Source: an uncultured Candidatus Saccharibacteria bacterium (GTDB lineage: Bacteria; Patescibacteriota; Saccharimonadia; Saccharimonadales; Saccharimonadaceae). Taken from it: 64,000 nt of DNA. Below are positions 48,072-58,509 of this stretch, one piece after another; positions within the stretch are counted from its first letter, which is position 1; each line of letters opens with the position of its first letter. The translations under genes were made by a program, and so were the position numbers. The notes beneath the pieces were generated by a model. It was not told the DNA's origin, searched no databases, and saw nothing but the letters and a program-made list of their open reading frames with translations. The stretch covers positions 240 through 64,239 of the forward strand of contig CALHVV010000066.1 in assembly GCA_938036915.1 (NCBI GenBank), written 5' to 3'.

Positions 48072-48992
48072 ATGACAAAGACACGTTACCATAAGCCACA
48101 CCATACACATAAACGCAAACGCTATGATGTTGATACAATGTCATCGCCTATATCGCCCAGCCAGTGGTCGACGCTTTCTTCGGATATCAAAAAGCAGCTT
48201 GTTACCGTTGATGCAGCGCTGAAGAGCCAAAAGCCACACCTCGCCTACCTCGTCGAGCAAGCAGGCCGTAACTGGAGTGAGGAAAAACGTCGCCAGCGAC
48301 GCTCGGTTGCCCTGGGAGAGAGTGCTGTGACGCTTGTGCAGCACTATGCGAGCAAAGAACAGTGGTCGCATGTCGATATGGCGCGGCTGCTCGCAGCATA
48401 TCCTGGCTGGGTGGAGGCGACCGAACAAGATGATACGGCGCTGACTCGGCAAGAAAATAAGCAGCGAATCAAGAAACTCACGCACTTTAACCATGCCCTG
48501 CGCGATGTGATAGACAATGCCACACACGCCTGCGAGACATGGAAGTCGATACCGTCTGTATCGGATATAGTTAACGGTTTAGAAGCCGTGTGCCCAGGCA
48601 AGAAGCATACTCAAAACAAGCAAGATCAAAAAGATATGCTGTATGCGACAGTAGCGGGCATTCGCAACGAAGTGCTCTTCATGCGGGTGCTGGATGAAGC
48701 AGGCATTGCCTATGAGCCAGGTATGGCCAACCAGGATGTGCGTGGGATAGACATGATAGTGAATGGTAAGCTGATTGACCTTAAGTCGTCTGAATACTAC
48801 GAATACGATGCTCAGGAAGATGCTGCTGAGCATGATGATGACGGACGGATCTTTTTCTTCCCTGGTGTGGAGGGGTATGAATACCGTAATAAATTAATGC
48901 TGCCGAAGGAAAAAATTGTTCAGGTTACGCCACGGGTAGTAGCCCGCATGTATAGCCATGGTATCCTAGATAAGCCAACGCAACAGAGGTAG
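48072..48992 (+). CDS. hypothetical protein, possible PD-(D/E)XK nuclease-like C-terminus
   Basis: GIRNE...QDVRGIDMIVNGKLIDLKS; TATACT at 48054. Confidence 0.6.
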   Translation: MTKTRYHKPHHTHKRKRYDVDTMSSPISPSQWSTLSSDIKKQLVTVDAALKSQKPHLAYLVEQAGRNWSEEKRRQRRSVALGESAVTLVQHYASKEQWSHVDMARLLAAYPGWVEATEQDDTALTRQENKQRIKKLTHFNHALRDVIDNATHACETWKSIPSVSDIVNGLEAVCPGKKHTQNKQDQKDMLYATVAGIRNEVLFMRVLDEAGIAYEPGMANQDVRGIDMIVNGKLIDLKSSEYYEYDAQEDAAEHDDDGRIFFFPGVEGYEYRNKLMLPKEKIVQVTPRVVARMYSHGILDKPTQQR

Positions 48993-49043
48993 ATCTCACC
49001 ACAGACATGCGACTATAACAGAGGTAAAGGAGGTGTATGCCAT

Positions 49044-49352
49044 ATGCCACACGAAATACCACAGCAGCCGTCAAATGAAGAGCATGAGAGACATGCGGTG
49101 CTCAAAGAGTCAATCGCTCAATCGATTCTCAAGAAAAGACCATGGCCCTATGGTGGATCTGAAGGCGAGCCGAGGCCGCTCTCTATCCAGTGGATGTCGC
49201 TACAGTATGCTGAGGATGGCTGGTCAGCAACTGGCTTAACCACTGATGGGCGCTATGTACGAGCAGACATCAGCAACAATGCAGACGATGTGATACTCGA
49301 AGTGGAGGCTGTGCAATCCGACGGAGAGACAGATACCCCACAGAGTAGCTAG
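49044..49352 (+). CDS. hypothetical protein
   Basis: Strong AAGGAGGT RBS, acidic 102-aa ORF. Confidence 0.6.
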   Translation: MPHEIPQQPSNEEHERHAVLKESIAQSILKKRPWPYGGSEGEPRPLSIQWMSLQYAEDGWSATGLTTDGRYVRADISNNADDVILEVEAVQSDGETDTPQSS

Positions 49353-49365
49353 CCGTGTGTACACA

Positions 49366-50790
49366 CTAGCTCGCTGATGTCCGCTTGCTGTGGCGCGAAG
49401 CTGGCTTTTCCTTGCGCTTGGCTTTGTCTTTGGCTTTGGAGATAGGTTTGCTGGCGTCTTTTGTGCGCTTGCTCTTGCCTTTCGCTGGCTTCTTTTTCGA
49501 TGCTTGCTGCTCGTGAATAGCGTTTCGTACCTCTGTTATTTCGTCCCAGGGGTGGGTGCCGTCGGCGCGTTCGATGGTTTTTTCGTGGCCTTTGCCGAGG
49601 AAGACGACGGTGTCGCGGGCGGTGCGGGCACGGCGGACGGCGAAGCGGATGGCCTCAGCGCGGTCGTGGATGAGGAAGAGGTCGGTGTCTTGGGTTTTGC
49701 CAGCGGCTTCTGCGCCTTTGGCAATTTGGGCGAGGATGTGCTGCCCGTCTGTATCGCGGTCGTCTTCTTCGGTGAGGATGAGCTCGTCGGCAATTCGCCC
49801 TGCGATCTTGCCTTGGATGGCTCGCTTGGACTCATCGCGCTGGCCAGCCGAGCCAAACAGGACGATCAGCTTGCCCTTGGTGCTGGCTCGCACACTGCCC
49901 AGCAGCCGCTCGAAGGCATCGGGTGTGTGGGCAAAATCGACAACGGCAGAGAATGGCTGCCCAGCATCGACCACCGTCATACGGCCCTCCACCCCAGTGA
50001 GTGCAGCCAGGCCCTGCTCGATCTGTGCCCGGCTCAGGCCTACCTCGTGCCCCACGGCTACCGCGGCCAGGCTGTTGGCAATGTTGAACTCACCCGGCAT
50101 GTTGATGGTGATGTGATGCATCTGCCCCATGAGCCATACATCGTAGCGGCTGCCCGAGGTGGTTTGGGTGATGTTCGTGGCGCGAATGTCGCCGCCTGCA
50201 ATGCCATAGCACAGGCTGCGCGGCACCGCTTGCTCGAAGACCGCCGCCGATGGATCATCCGCATTGATAATGCCAACCCGCCGCGCGAGCTTGAAGAGAC
50301 GTATCTTGGCGGCGCGGTAGCGCTCGAATGTCTTGTGATAATCGAGATGCTCGTGTGTAACGTTGGTCATGACGGCGATGTCTATTGGAATGCCAAAGAT
50401 GCGATGCTGCGCCAATGCATGGCTCGTCACCTCTAGTACCACCCACTGCACGTTGCGCCGCCGAAACTCCGCCAAACGCTGCTGCAACAGCGGTGCAGAT
50501 ACGGTGGTCATGTGCTCGGTTTGCGATGTGATGTCGTCGTTCACTCCATATGCCACCGTCGTCATCAGACCGACATTGTAGCCTGCTTCGACCAGCATGC
50601 GGTGGATCATAAAGCACGTCGTAGTCTTGCCATTTGTCCCCGTTACGCCAATGACGTGCATGCCCTGGGCTGGGAAACCTTGGTTGGCTGCAGCCGCAGT
50701 AGCTTCGAGCAGCCGATAACCTGGCTCTAGCGCCGCCAGCACACTGGGCGGGAGGGTGTTCTTAAGTGTTTGTTTCAGAGAAAATGCCAT
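49366..50790 (-). CDS. murE: UDP-MurNAc-dipeptide:diamino-acid ligase
   Basis: GVTGTNGKTTT, LEVTSHAL, EHLDYH, GRM, VDFAHTPD, GKGHE; Lys-rich tail. Confidence 0.93.
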   Translation of the reverse strand: MAFSLKQTLKNTLPPSVLAALEPGYRLLEATAAAANQGFPAQGMHVIGVTGTNGKTTTCFMIHRMLVEAGYNVGLMTTVAYGVNDDITSQTEHMTTVSAPLLQQRLAEFRRRNVQWVVLEVTSHALAQHRIFGIPIDIAVMTNVTHEHLDYHKTFERYRAAKIRLFKLARRVGIINADDPSAAVFEQAVPRSLCYGIAGGDIRATNITQTTSGSRYDVWLMGQMHHITINMPGEFNIANSLAAVAVGHEVGLSRAQIEQGLAALTGVEGRMTVVDAGQPFSAVVDFAHTPDAFERLLGSVRASTKGKLIVLFGSAGQRDESKRAIQGKIAGRIADELILTEEDDRDTDGQHILAQIAKGAEAAGKTQDTDLFLIHDRAEAIRFAVRRARTARDTVVFLGKGHEKTIERADGTHPWDEITEVRNAIHEQQASKKKPAKGKSKRTKDASKPISKAKDKAKRKEKPASRHSKRTSAS

Positions 50791-51132
50791 GTCACATATT
50801 ATACCACTTTTGGTAGTATTTAAAACCATGAGAAGCATGATATTTGATTAAGCAAATGTACTACGATTGGGATCGCAAAAGCCTCGCTTATCCTCGCACT
50901 CCCCCTTCCCACACTCCCGATGACGGAACACTATAAGGACGAATATCTCTCTAGAATGTTCACCTCTTACACCAGAGCACAAAATAGCTATTGCAACGAG
51001 CTTTCACATTCCACTGGGCGCAGTGATAGGTTGGTGGAGCTAGCGCTAAGAAAGTGAGATTTGTAGGTATTTTTGTATAGCCATTCCATAAGTTTTTCTC
51101 ATTGCATGCCCCTCCTTTGCTATAATAACCCT

Positions 51133-52236
51133 ATGAAGATTCTTGGGATTGAGAGCAGCTGCGACGAGACGGCGGCTGCGGTGGTGGCCGATGGGCGGCG
51201 CTTGCTGAGCAGTGTGGTGCACTCGCAGATAGATATTCATGCCCAGTATGGTGGTGTGGTACCAGAGGTAGCGGCGCGGAGCCATATTGAGATGATTACC
51301 CCAGTGATCGACCGCGCATTGGCCGAGGCGGCGTGTAACTGGGATGAGATTGATGGCATTGCGGTGACGTATGCACCTGGGTTGGTGGGGTCGCTGCTGG
51401 TTGGGACGCTGGCGGCGCGGACGCTGGCACTTGTGCACGAGAAGCCGCTCTACGCGATTCATCATGTGGAGGCGCATGTCTATGCTAACTTTGTGGTGGG
51501 GGATGGCCGGCCAAAGCCCGAGCCAGCCCTAACGCTACCCGCTGCGCAGCCAAGCTTCCCCATGCTGGCGCTCATCGTCTCTGGTGGGCACAGCCAGTTG
51601 GTGCTGTTTCGGGCGCATGGCGATTATACCTTGCTTGGCCAGACGCAGGATGATGCCGTGGGCGAAGCCTTCGACAAGGTAGCGAAGATCATTGGCCTAC
51701 CCTACCCTGGCGGCCCGGCCATTGCTGCCGCCGCTAGGCAGGGCGACCCGCAGCGCTATGCTTTGCCCAAGGCGCGGATGCAGGGCCAGTACGATTTCTC
51801 CTTCTCGGGCCTCAAGACGGCCGTACTGCGCCGAATGCAGGCCGAGGTGGGCAAAGATACCTCTTTTCCCTCGCACGAGCTCCCAGCGCTTGTCACGCCG
51901 CAGCAGCGCCATGATATGGCAGCGAGCTTCCAGCGTGTGGCAGTGGAGACGTTGGTGGACAAGACGGTGCTGGCCTACGAGCACTATGCGCCGCACTCCG
52001 TCGTGATTGCTGGTGGTGTGGCGGCAAACCAAGAACTTCGCCGCCAACTGCGCACCGCCCTGCCCTGCTCCATTAGCTACGCACCGATGGCCTTTTGCAC
52101 AGACAATGCAGTGATGATCGCCACCCTCGGCTACTACTACGCCCAAGCTGGCCGCACAGCTGATCCATACCTGCTCGAAGTGCAGCCGAGTTTGTCGATG
52201 CGCGAAGCGGTGTGGGGTGGCCACGAAGCACAGTAG
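51133..52236 (+). CDS. tsaD: tRNA t6A37 threonylcarbamoyltransferase
   Basis: GIESSCDET, GGVVPEVAARSH, HHVEAH, VSGGH, DDAVGEAFDK, TDNAVMI. Confidence 0.97.
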   Translation: MKILGIESSCDETAAAVVADGRRLLSSVVHSQIDIHAQYGGVVPEVAARSHIEMITPVIDRALAEAACNWDEIDGIAVTYAPGLVGSLLVGTLAARTLALVHEKPLYAIHHVEAHVYANFVVGDGRPKPEPALTLPAAQPSFPMLALIVSGGHSQLVLFRAHGDYTLLGQTQDDAVGEAFDKVAKIIGLPYPGGPAIAAAARQGDPQRYALPKARMQGQYDFSFSGLKTAVLRRMQAEVGKDTSFPSHELPALVTPQQRHDMAASFQRVAVETLVDKTVLAYEHYAPHSVVIAGGVAANQELRRQLRTALPCSISYAPMAFCTDNAVMIATLGYYYAQAGRTADPYLLEVQPSLSMREAVWGGHEAQ

Positions 52237-52344
52237 ATATGTTTTGATGATATTCGAGATGATGATACCAGCGTGTAACTACTTGTAGTGGATTATTGTC
52301 TGCGCGTTGGCACAGAATAGTTGTTGACGTTTGGAAGTTGGTCT

Positions 52345-53601
52345 CTACCGACCAATCACACTACGCATCGCACGCACACAGCGAATCACCTGATGTATGA
52401 ATGGCCGAGCGATATATTCATAGCAGCCAGCACGCTCCTCCAGCTGGCCACCAAAGCCTTTCTTGAAGTGATACACCCCCTCTTGTTCGGGAAAGCCGTT
52501 GAAGTTTCCGCTTGTGCCGTAGAAGTTGTAGCGCTGAGCGCCAAGGCTGATGGCACGGTGCATTGCTGCGTATTGCAGGGCGTATGAGCCAGAGAACTTG
52601 GCATGCTTATCATCCGACCCGCTGAGGAAATATACCACCTCGTTATCGTTCGTGTGCATGAATATGGCGGCGGCCAGTGGCAGGACGTCGCCGCTAGCTG
52701 CCTGGCGCAACGTTTCGTAATCTGCCAAGCGTTTGGATACCGCAGTGAGCTGATTGTCGAGCTCCTTCACCTGCCCTTGCTTGTCTGGCTCGGTCGCTAG
52801 CGCATCGCGCTCGGTTTGCAGTGCATTCTGCTGAGCGCTGAGGCGGGCTTGGTAGCCAGCAAGGTCGAGCTCGGCAATCAGGAACCACGCCTGCTTGCGG
52901 TGGAAGGCACGGAACAATTGCTGATAAAATTCTTCGCTGCGCCCTGAGAAACCACGCCGCGTACCAGTATCGATTAGTAGCTTCGCAAACGGAGCGAGGT
53001 CGTCCACTGCAGTAATCTCGCGTACCGCCACACCATACTTAGTGGCTGCCTTGACGCAGCTACGTGTCTTGGCGTCGAAGCTTTTGAGTAGTGCTGCGTC
53101 ATCGTGATAGGGCGAGAGATCTTTGGCAAAGAACCAGCGCACGTAGCGCGCGTTGCAGTCGGTTTGCTGCGGGGGGATAGCGCGAAAGCCTGCCTTTTCT
53201 AATTGTTGCAGCGCCTTGGCCGTGCCTGCTACTTCGAGAAGCTGAGTAGGGTCACTTCCCTGCCGTAGGATGAGTGGTGGCTGAATTCGAAGTAAAATGC
53301 CTTTGTGCGCTTTGACATATTTCTTGAGCTCTGTCAATAGTGTACTGAGCACGGCTGGGTTGTGATAATCCACCAGCGGCCCCTGCAAACATTCAAACTC
53401 GCTATAGCCCAAGGTGCGCCACTCATATAACACGGCGGTAGCTACCAAGCGCTCACCCTCAGCAAACAGCCCCAGATAATGTGGCTGCCAGCCCAGCTGT
53501 ACCACCCGCTTGGCATTAGCGGCCGACTGGACGAAGCTCCCCAGCGGGTGCTGCGCCACAAATTGCTCGAGTGTGGATGGATCAATAGGTTTGAGCTGCA
53601 T
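52345..53601 (-). CDS. FemAB/MurM-type peptidoglycan branch aminoacyltransferase with coiled-coil insertion
   Basis: FVQS, GPLVDY, coiled-coil segment, YFLSGS, YNFYG, GVYHFKKGFGG. Confidence 0.9.
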   Translation of the reverse strand: MQLKPIDPSTLEQFVAQHPLGSFVQSAANAKRVVQLGWQPHYLGLFAEGERLVATAVLYEWRTLGYSEFECLQGPLVDYHNPAVLSTLLTELKKYVKAHKGILLRIQPPLILRQGSDPTQLLEVAGTAKALQQLEKAGFRAIPPQQTDCNARYVRWFFAKDLSPYHDDAALLKSFDAKTRSCVKAATKYGVAVREITAVDDLAPFAKLLIDTGTRRGFSGRSEEFYQQLFRAFHRKQAWFLIAELDLAGYQARLSAQQNALQTERDALATEPDKQGQVKELDNQLTAVSKRLADYETLRQAASGDVLPLAAAIFMHTNDNEVVYFLSGSDDKHAKFSGSYALQYAAMHRAISLGAQRYNFYGTSGNFNGFPEQEGVYHFKKGFGGQLEERAGCYEYIARPFIHQVIRCVRAMRSVIGR

Positions 53602-53800
53602 AATAATAGCGCTAGTATAGCATTTTTGAGTGGTGAGAGGAAGAGAGTGATGGTGATGAGTAACTCGCGATTGGTTATAACGAAGGAGTTTAGAGAGATA
53701 GTACCTTGCATCAGACTCATCATTTCGTCCGAGCATACATGAATGTGTTTTTGCAACAATCATCAGTGAAAAACTGCCACAAAGTTGCTATACTAATGTT

Positions 53801-54754
53801 ATGAAACATTTTTTACAGACTGAGGCATGGGAGGCCTTTCAACAAGCGCAGCAGCGCCACACGGTGCGGCGGGCAGACAAAGGGTGGCAGTATTATGGCA
53901 TTATCGAGCATGGTCGGCTCAACCATCGGCTGTATGTGCCCTATGGGCCCGAGGCAGATAATGATGCAGCTCAGGAAGCGGCGCTCAAGGATATCATTGC
54001 CACTGGGCGGCAATATGGTGCAGACTTTGTGCGGGTCGACCCCCGAACGACGCGGCTTGAACAGTTGCAGAATCTCGGCTTTCGCAAAGCGAAGAGCCTC
54101 CAGCCAGATCGAACGATTATTAATGATGTGACGATAGATCACGATGCGATCCTGGCTAATGCCAAACAAGCGGTGCGTTACACCTGGCGCAAAAATCAGA
54201 AGGCAGGGGTGCGCTTCCATACCAGTTATGAGCCAGCAGATATCGAGATTTTTCTTGATATGATCCACGATGTCGCTAAGCGTACCGGCATGCAGCCTCA
54301 TAGTGATGACTACTTTCGCCAAATGGCAGAGGTGCTCTTCCTGCGCAAGGCAGCTGGCCTGATGTATGCCACGCTGGACGACAAACCGGTTGCCAGCCTC
54401 ATCTTCTTTAGTGATGGCACGACGATGGCCTATGCTCATGCGGCGTCCTACACCGCGCAGCGCAACCTCAGCCCAGCCACAGCACTGGTGGTGTCTGCCC
54501 TCTTCTATGCGCACGATACCGGGCACAAATTCTTCGACTTTTATGGTATTGCGCCAGATGATGTGCCGAAGGATCACCCCTGGGCGGGCTTCACACATTT
54601 CAAGAAGTCGTTTGGTGGCACACCGGTGGACTACATCGGCACCTGGGAGAAACCGCTCCATCCACTGCGTTACCGGTTGTATCACCTCTACCAAGCACTG
54701 TATCAGCACATGCGCGGTCTGCGCCAGGCATCGTATCGCCGCTCGCATAAATAG
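53801..54754 (+). CDS. FemX-type lipid II aminoacyltransferase (no coiled coil)
   Basis: HFLQTEAW, LYVPYGP, YAHAAS, FDFYGI, GFTHFKKSFGG. Confidence 0.9.
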   Translation: MKHFLQTEAWEAFQQAQQRHTVRRADKGWQYYGIIEHGRLNHRLYVPYGPEADNDAAQEAALKDIIATGRQYGADFVRVDPRTTRLEQLQNLGFRKAKSLQPDRTIINDVTIDHDAILANAKQAVRYTWRKNQKAGVRFHTSYEPADIEIFLDMIHDVAKRTGMQPHSDDYFRQMAEVLFLRKAAGLMYATLDDKPVASLIFFSDGTTMAYAHAASYTAQRNLSPATALVVSALFYAHDTGHKFFDFYGIAPDDVPKDHPWAGFTHFKKSFGGTPVDYIGTWEKPLHPLRYRLYHLYQALYQHMRGLRQASYRRSHK

Positions 54755-54776
54755 TAGCTGGTGGGGTTACTCAGAG

Positions 54777-54803
54777 AAAGACGCTCTAGTGGGGCGTCTT
54801 TTT
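54777..54803 (+). terminator. intrinsic terminator
   Basis: AAAGACGCTC...GGGCGTCTTTTT. Confidence 0.75.
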
Positions 54804-54909
54804 ATATTATCTTTCCCCTTCCCTACTCTACTGATGTGACTTTAGATGGAAAACAATATGAGATCCATATGATGATGTGGGGCTATAGAGCTTGATAAAG
54901 TTCCACGTA

Positions 54910-55442
54910 TTATTCACGTGAAATAGAGATATGTACAGGTGAAAATTGTGCTATCACTTCCCTACTGTAATTCAATTTTGGTTGTAACTATGATAAACGC
55001 AATTTATCTTCATCTCTGATTTGTTATTCATACCTTTCTTTTGCATTGTATGAAGAGCGTTGATGAATGCAGCATGATGATATGTGGGCAGACATTTGCA
55101 GTGCAAAGACTTCTGCTGTTTCTTTGGTAAGTCTACCCATTTCTTACGCTCTACTGGATGAGATGGTAAAATTGTAATTGTTTTAGTCACAGGCCGTCAC
55201 ACATCACACCTTCCACGTGAAAACTACACAATGGGAAACTATCAGAACAAGTGACTATTCGATAGTGACTAATTTGCAAGGCGAGACATCTATCATATCA
55301 CCGCTGTCAGCTATGCCTTAGCCTTATCACCAACCACTGTCACCCCTGCCATTGAGCTGTCAAACGTGCTATACTAGGTAGCTGAAGTTGCACCAAAAAA
55401 TCGGCCTGGCAGATGCTGCACACATATTTTTCACGTGAAGTA
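54910..55442. promoter_or_regulatory. three parS-like palindromes
   Basis: TTATTCACGTGAAATA (54910), CCTTCCACGTGAAAAC (55209), TTTTTCACGTGAAGTA (55427) versus consensus TGTTNCACGTGAAACA. Confidence 0.55.
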
Positions 55443-55498
55443 TCGACCGCGCTTTTTTCGTGTGAAAAGTATCAATAATCTGTAAGGAAGCCACCGCC

Positions 55499-58036
55499 AT
55501 GAAACTTGCCAAGACCTACAACCCTAACGAATATGAGCCAAATATCTACGCCATGTGGGAAAGTGCTGGCGTGTTTCGACCAAAAGGGGAGGGCACACCG
55601 TATAGCATCGTGATGCCGCCGCCCAATGCTAATGGCAACCTGCACGTCGGGCATGCGCTAGGCTCGGCCTTGCAAGATATCTTAGTGCGCTACCACCGGA
55701 TGAAAGGCGATGCCGCGGTGTTTATCCCTGGGGCAGACCATGCTGGCTTCGAAACGTGGGTGGTGTATGAGCGCGAGCTAGAAAAGCAGGGCAAGACGCG
55801 CTTCGATTACTCTCGTGATGAGCTGTATGCGCAGGTGTGGGACTTTGTTGATAAAAAGCGGGGCGATATGGAGCTCCAGCTACGTGCCCTTGGCGTTGGG
55901 GCTGACTGGGAAGATATGGTCTTTACGCTTGACCCCAAGGTGGTAGAGACGGTCTATGGCACCTTCAACAAGCTGTGGCAAGATGGGCTGATCTACCGCG
56001 GTGAGCGGATTGTGAACTACTGTACTAAGCACCAGACTAGCTTTGCCGATATTGAGGTGGTGCACAAGACGGAGAAGTCTAAGCTGTGGCGTATTGCGTA
56101 TCCACTACTCGATCATATTGGTGAAATTATCGTTGCTACGACACGGCCCGAGACGCTACTGGGTGATACCGCCATCGCTGTCAACCCGGCAGATGAACGC
56201 TACAAGAAGTTGATTGGTACTAAGGCGCTGCTCCCACTAGTGGGACGTGAGATCCCGATTATTGCTGATGAATATGTTGATGCGTCATATGGTACTGGTG
56301 CGGTTAAGATCACGCCGGCTCACGACCCAAATGATTTCGAGATGGGGCAGCGGCATGGGCTACCAGTGGAGCAGGTGATTGGTTTTGATGGGCGAATGAC
56401 GAATGTTCCTACGCCGTTTGACGGCCTCACCACAGCGGAGGCACGTCAGCGTGTACTAGAGGCGCTGGAGCGCGAAGAGCTGCGCCGTGGCGAGGAGGAG
56501 CTGGAGCACTCAGTAGGGCATTGCTACAAATGTGACACCGTCATTGAGCCGATGGTGAAAGAGCAGTGGTTTATCTCGATGCGGCCATTGGCGGATGCGG
56601 CGATTGCTGCCATCGAGCGTGGCGATGTGACCTTCACTCCTGCCAACAAAGGCGAGGTGGTCATCAAATACCTGCGCGAGATCAAAGACTGGAACGTCAG
56701 CCGGCAGATCCCGTGGGGTATACCCATCCCAGCCTTCCAGAGCACGACTGATCCAAGCGACTGGATCTTCAATACAAATGTCAACGAAAAAGAAATAGTT
56801 GTAGATGGCACAACATACCGCCGGGAAGAAGATACGCTCGACACGTGGTTTAGCAGTGGGCAGTGGCCATTCATCACCACCGACTACTTGCAAGATGGGC
56901 CGTTGGCGAAGTTCTACCCCAATGCGGTGATGGAGACAGCCGGGGATATCCTCTTCTTCTGGGTAGCGCGGATGATAATGCTTGGCTTGTACTGCACGGG
57001 ACAGGTGCCGTTCCGTCATGTGTATCTCCATGGGCTGGTGCTGGATGAGCATGGGCAGAAAATGAGCAAGAGTAAGGGCAATGTGATCAACCCAATGGAA
57101 GCAATCAGCCAGTATGGTTCAGACGCACTGCGCATGGGGATTATCGCCAGCCGCTCAGCCGCTCAGCCACAAGCCTTTAATACCGGCAAGGTCGTGGCAG
57201 CGCGCAATTTCTGTAATAAATTATGGAACATTGCTCGCTTCATCGAGGCGCAGGTGGGGGATACGCAACCGGGGCATGTACCGATGGCTGACCATTGGAT
57301 CATCCGCCAGCTGAGCAGGGCAGGGGAAACGATGGAGCAGCAGCTAGCGCAGTATCGTTTTGCCGAGGCGGCAGAAACGCTCTACCATACGGTGTGGGAT
57401 GACGTAGCCGATTGGTATATTGAGGCAGCTAAGGTGGAGCAGCACGCTGATATGCTGGTGTGGGTGCTCGACACGTGCCTGCGCTTGGCTCACCCATTTG
57501 CACCATTTGTGACGGAGACGATTTGGCAAAGCCTGAGCTGGCATAACGACCTGCTGGCGGCAGCGCGATATCCGCAGGCTGAGAAATACAATGAGCTGCA
57601 AGCGGCTGAGTTTGGCCGACTCAAGCGGCTCGTGACTGAAGCGCGCTACGTAACGAGTGAATTGCCAGGCAATGAGCGCTACACAATGCTCTATATGGAT
57701 GATGCGCTCGTAGCGGATAATGCCGAGCTGGTACGGCGTTTGGCTGGCCTAGCGGCGGTGGAATATATTGATGTAGCACGAGGGCTGCGTCTGGCCGCCA
57801 GTGGTCGTGATGCCTGGCTCGACGTAAGCGACGAGACACTCTATGAGCACCAGACGAACCTCGAGAAGCGCTTGGTTGCAGCACGCAATGACGCCGCCAA
57901 GCTGGAGGCACGCCTAGCAAACGAACGTTACACCAGCCAAGCACCCGCTCATTTGGTGGAAGAGTCACGCCAGCAGCTAGCAAACAAGCAGGCGTTGATC
58001 GAGCGGCTGGTGAAGGAATTGCAGGTGATTGAATAG
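55499..58036 (+). CDS. valS: valine--tRNA ligase
   Basis: PPPNANGNLHVGH, ATTRPET, DTWFSS, KMSKS, C-terminal coiled coil. Confidence 0.98.
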   Translation: MKLAKTYNPNEYEPNIYAMWESAGVFRPKGEGTPYSIVMPPPNANGNLHVGHALGSALQDILVRYHRMKGDAAVFIPGADHAGFETWVVYERELEKQGKTRFDYSRDELYAQVWDFVDKKRGDMELQLRALGVGADWEDMVFTLDPKVVETVYGTFNKLWQDGLIYRGERIVNYCTKHQTSFADIEVVHKTEKSKLWRIAYPLLDHIGEIIVATTRPETLLGDTAIAVNPADERYKKLIGTKALLPLVGREIPIIADEYVDASYGTGAVKITPAHDPNDFEMGQRHGLPVEQVIGFDGRMTNVPTPFDGLTTAEARQRVLEALEREELRRGEEELEHSVGHCYKCDTVIEPMVKEQWFISMRPLADAAIAAIERGDVTFTPANKGEVVIKYLREIKDWNVSRQIPWGIPIPAFQSTTDPSDWIFNTNVNEKEIVVDGTTYRREEDTLDTWFSSGQWPFITTDYLQDGPLAKFYPNAVMETAGDILFFWVARMIMLGLYCTGQVPFRHVYLHGLVLDEHGQKMSKSKGNVINPMEAISQYGSDALRMGIIASRSAAQPQAFNTGKVVAARNFCNKLWNIARFIEAQVGDTQPGHVPMADHWIIRQLSRAGETMEQQLAQYRFAEAAETLYHTVWDDVADWYIEAAKVEQHADMLVWVLDTCLRLAHPFAPFVTETIWQSLSWHNDLLAAARYPQAEKYNELQAAEFGRLKRLVTEARYVTSELPGNERYTMLYMDDALVADNAELVRRLAGLAAVEYIDVARGLRLAASGRDAWLDVSDETLYEHQTNLEKRLVAARNDAAKLEARLANERYTSQAPAHLVEESRQQLANKQALIERLVKELQVIE

Positions 58037-58070
58037 CAGTACTGCAAATTTAATACCTTGTGCTAATAGA

Positions 58071-58105
58071 GGAGGCTACTGTCGATGTGAGATGGTAGCC
58101 TTTTT
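58071..58105 (+). terminator. intrinsic terminator of valS
   Basis: GGAGGCTACTGTC-gatgtga-GATGGTAGCCTTTTT. Confidence 0.8.
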
Positions 58106-58435
58106 GATGAGTAGGGATAATGAAGTGTGTTGATTTAACCTCTTGCGTTCTTAATGACAAAAGGGCACTTAGTGGTAAGAAGAGAAGCGCGAACACAGAT
58201 AAAGGGATTATTGTGATGACGAGCTATATTAACCTGAAGCTGAAAATCTCACCGCATCACCCTTTCTATTCGTACGGTTATTTTTCTGAAGCTTACTACG
58301 AGCGTTCATCGCATGGATTTATATAAGTATACATATGCTGCGACAAACAGCTTTCATACCTCATTTAAATGAGATGATAGGGGGAGAGAGTTAATGAAGA
58401 AAAGAAGGGCATTCCTATATCTACACGAAACATAC

Positions 58436-58464
58436 TTGACAGATAAGAAACATCCTGCTACCAT
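58436..58464 (+). promoter_or_regulatory. sigma70-type promoter
   Basis: TTGACA-17 nt-TACCAT with TG extension. Confidence 0.7.
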
Positions 58465-58509
58465 GAATATGAACAAAAATAGAACTAACGATAGTCACCA
58501 AAATACACA

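Noticed and set aside
49390..50436. Long antisense ORFs (348 aa here; also 53813-54748, 21280-22128, 4144-4926, 14422-15210, 61289-61942)
   Set aside because: Shadows of well-supported genes on the opposite strand, with no motifs of their own
54972..55190. Small ORFs in AT-rich spacers (also 16788-16976, 42987-43199, 58120-58326)
   Set aside because: No convincing RBS or motif, atypical composition; cannot be supported
55376..55498. T-box riboswitch upstream of valS
   Set aside because: Leader is only ~120 nt, with no T-box consensus or terminator; the palindrome there fits parS better
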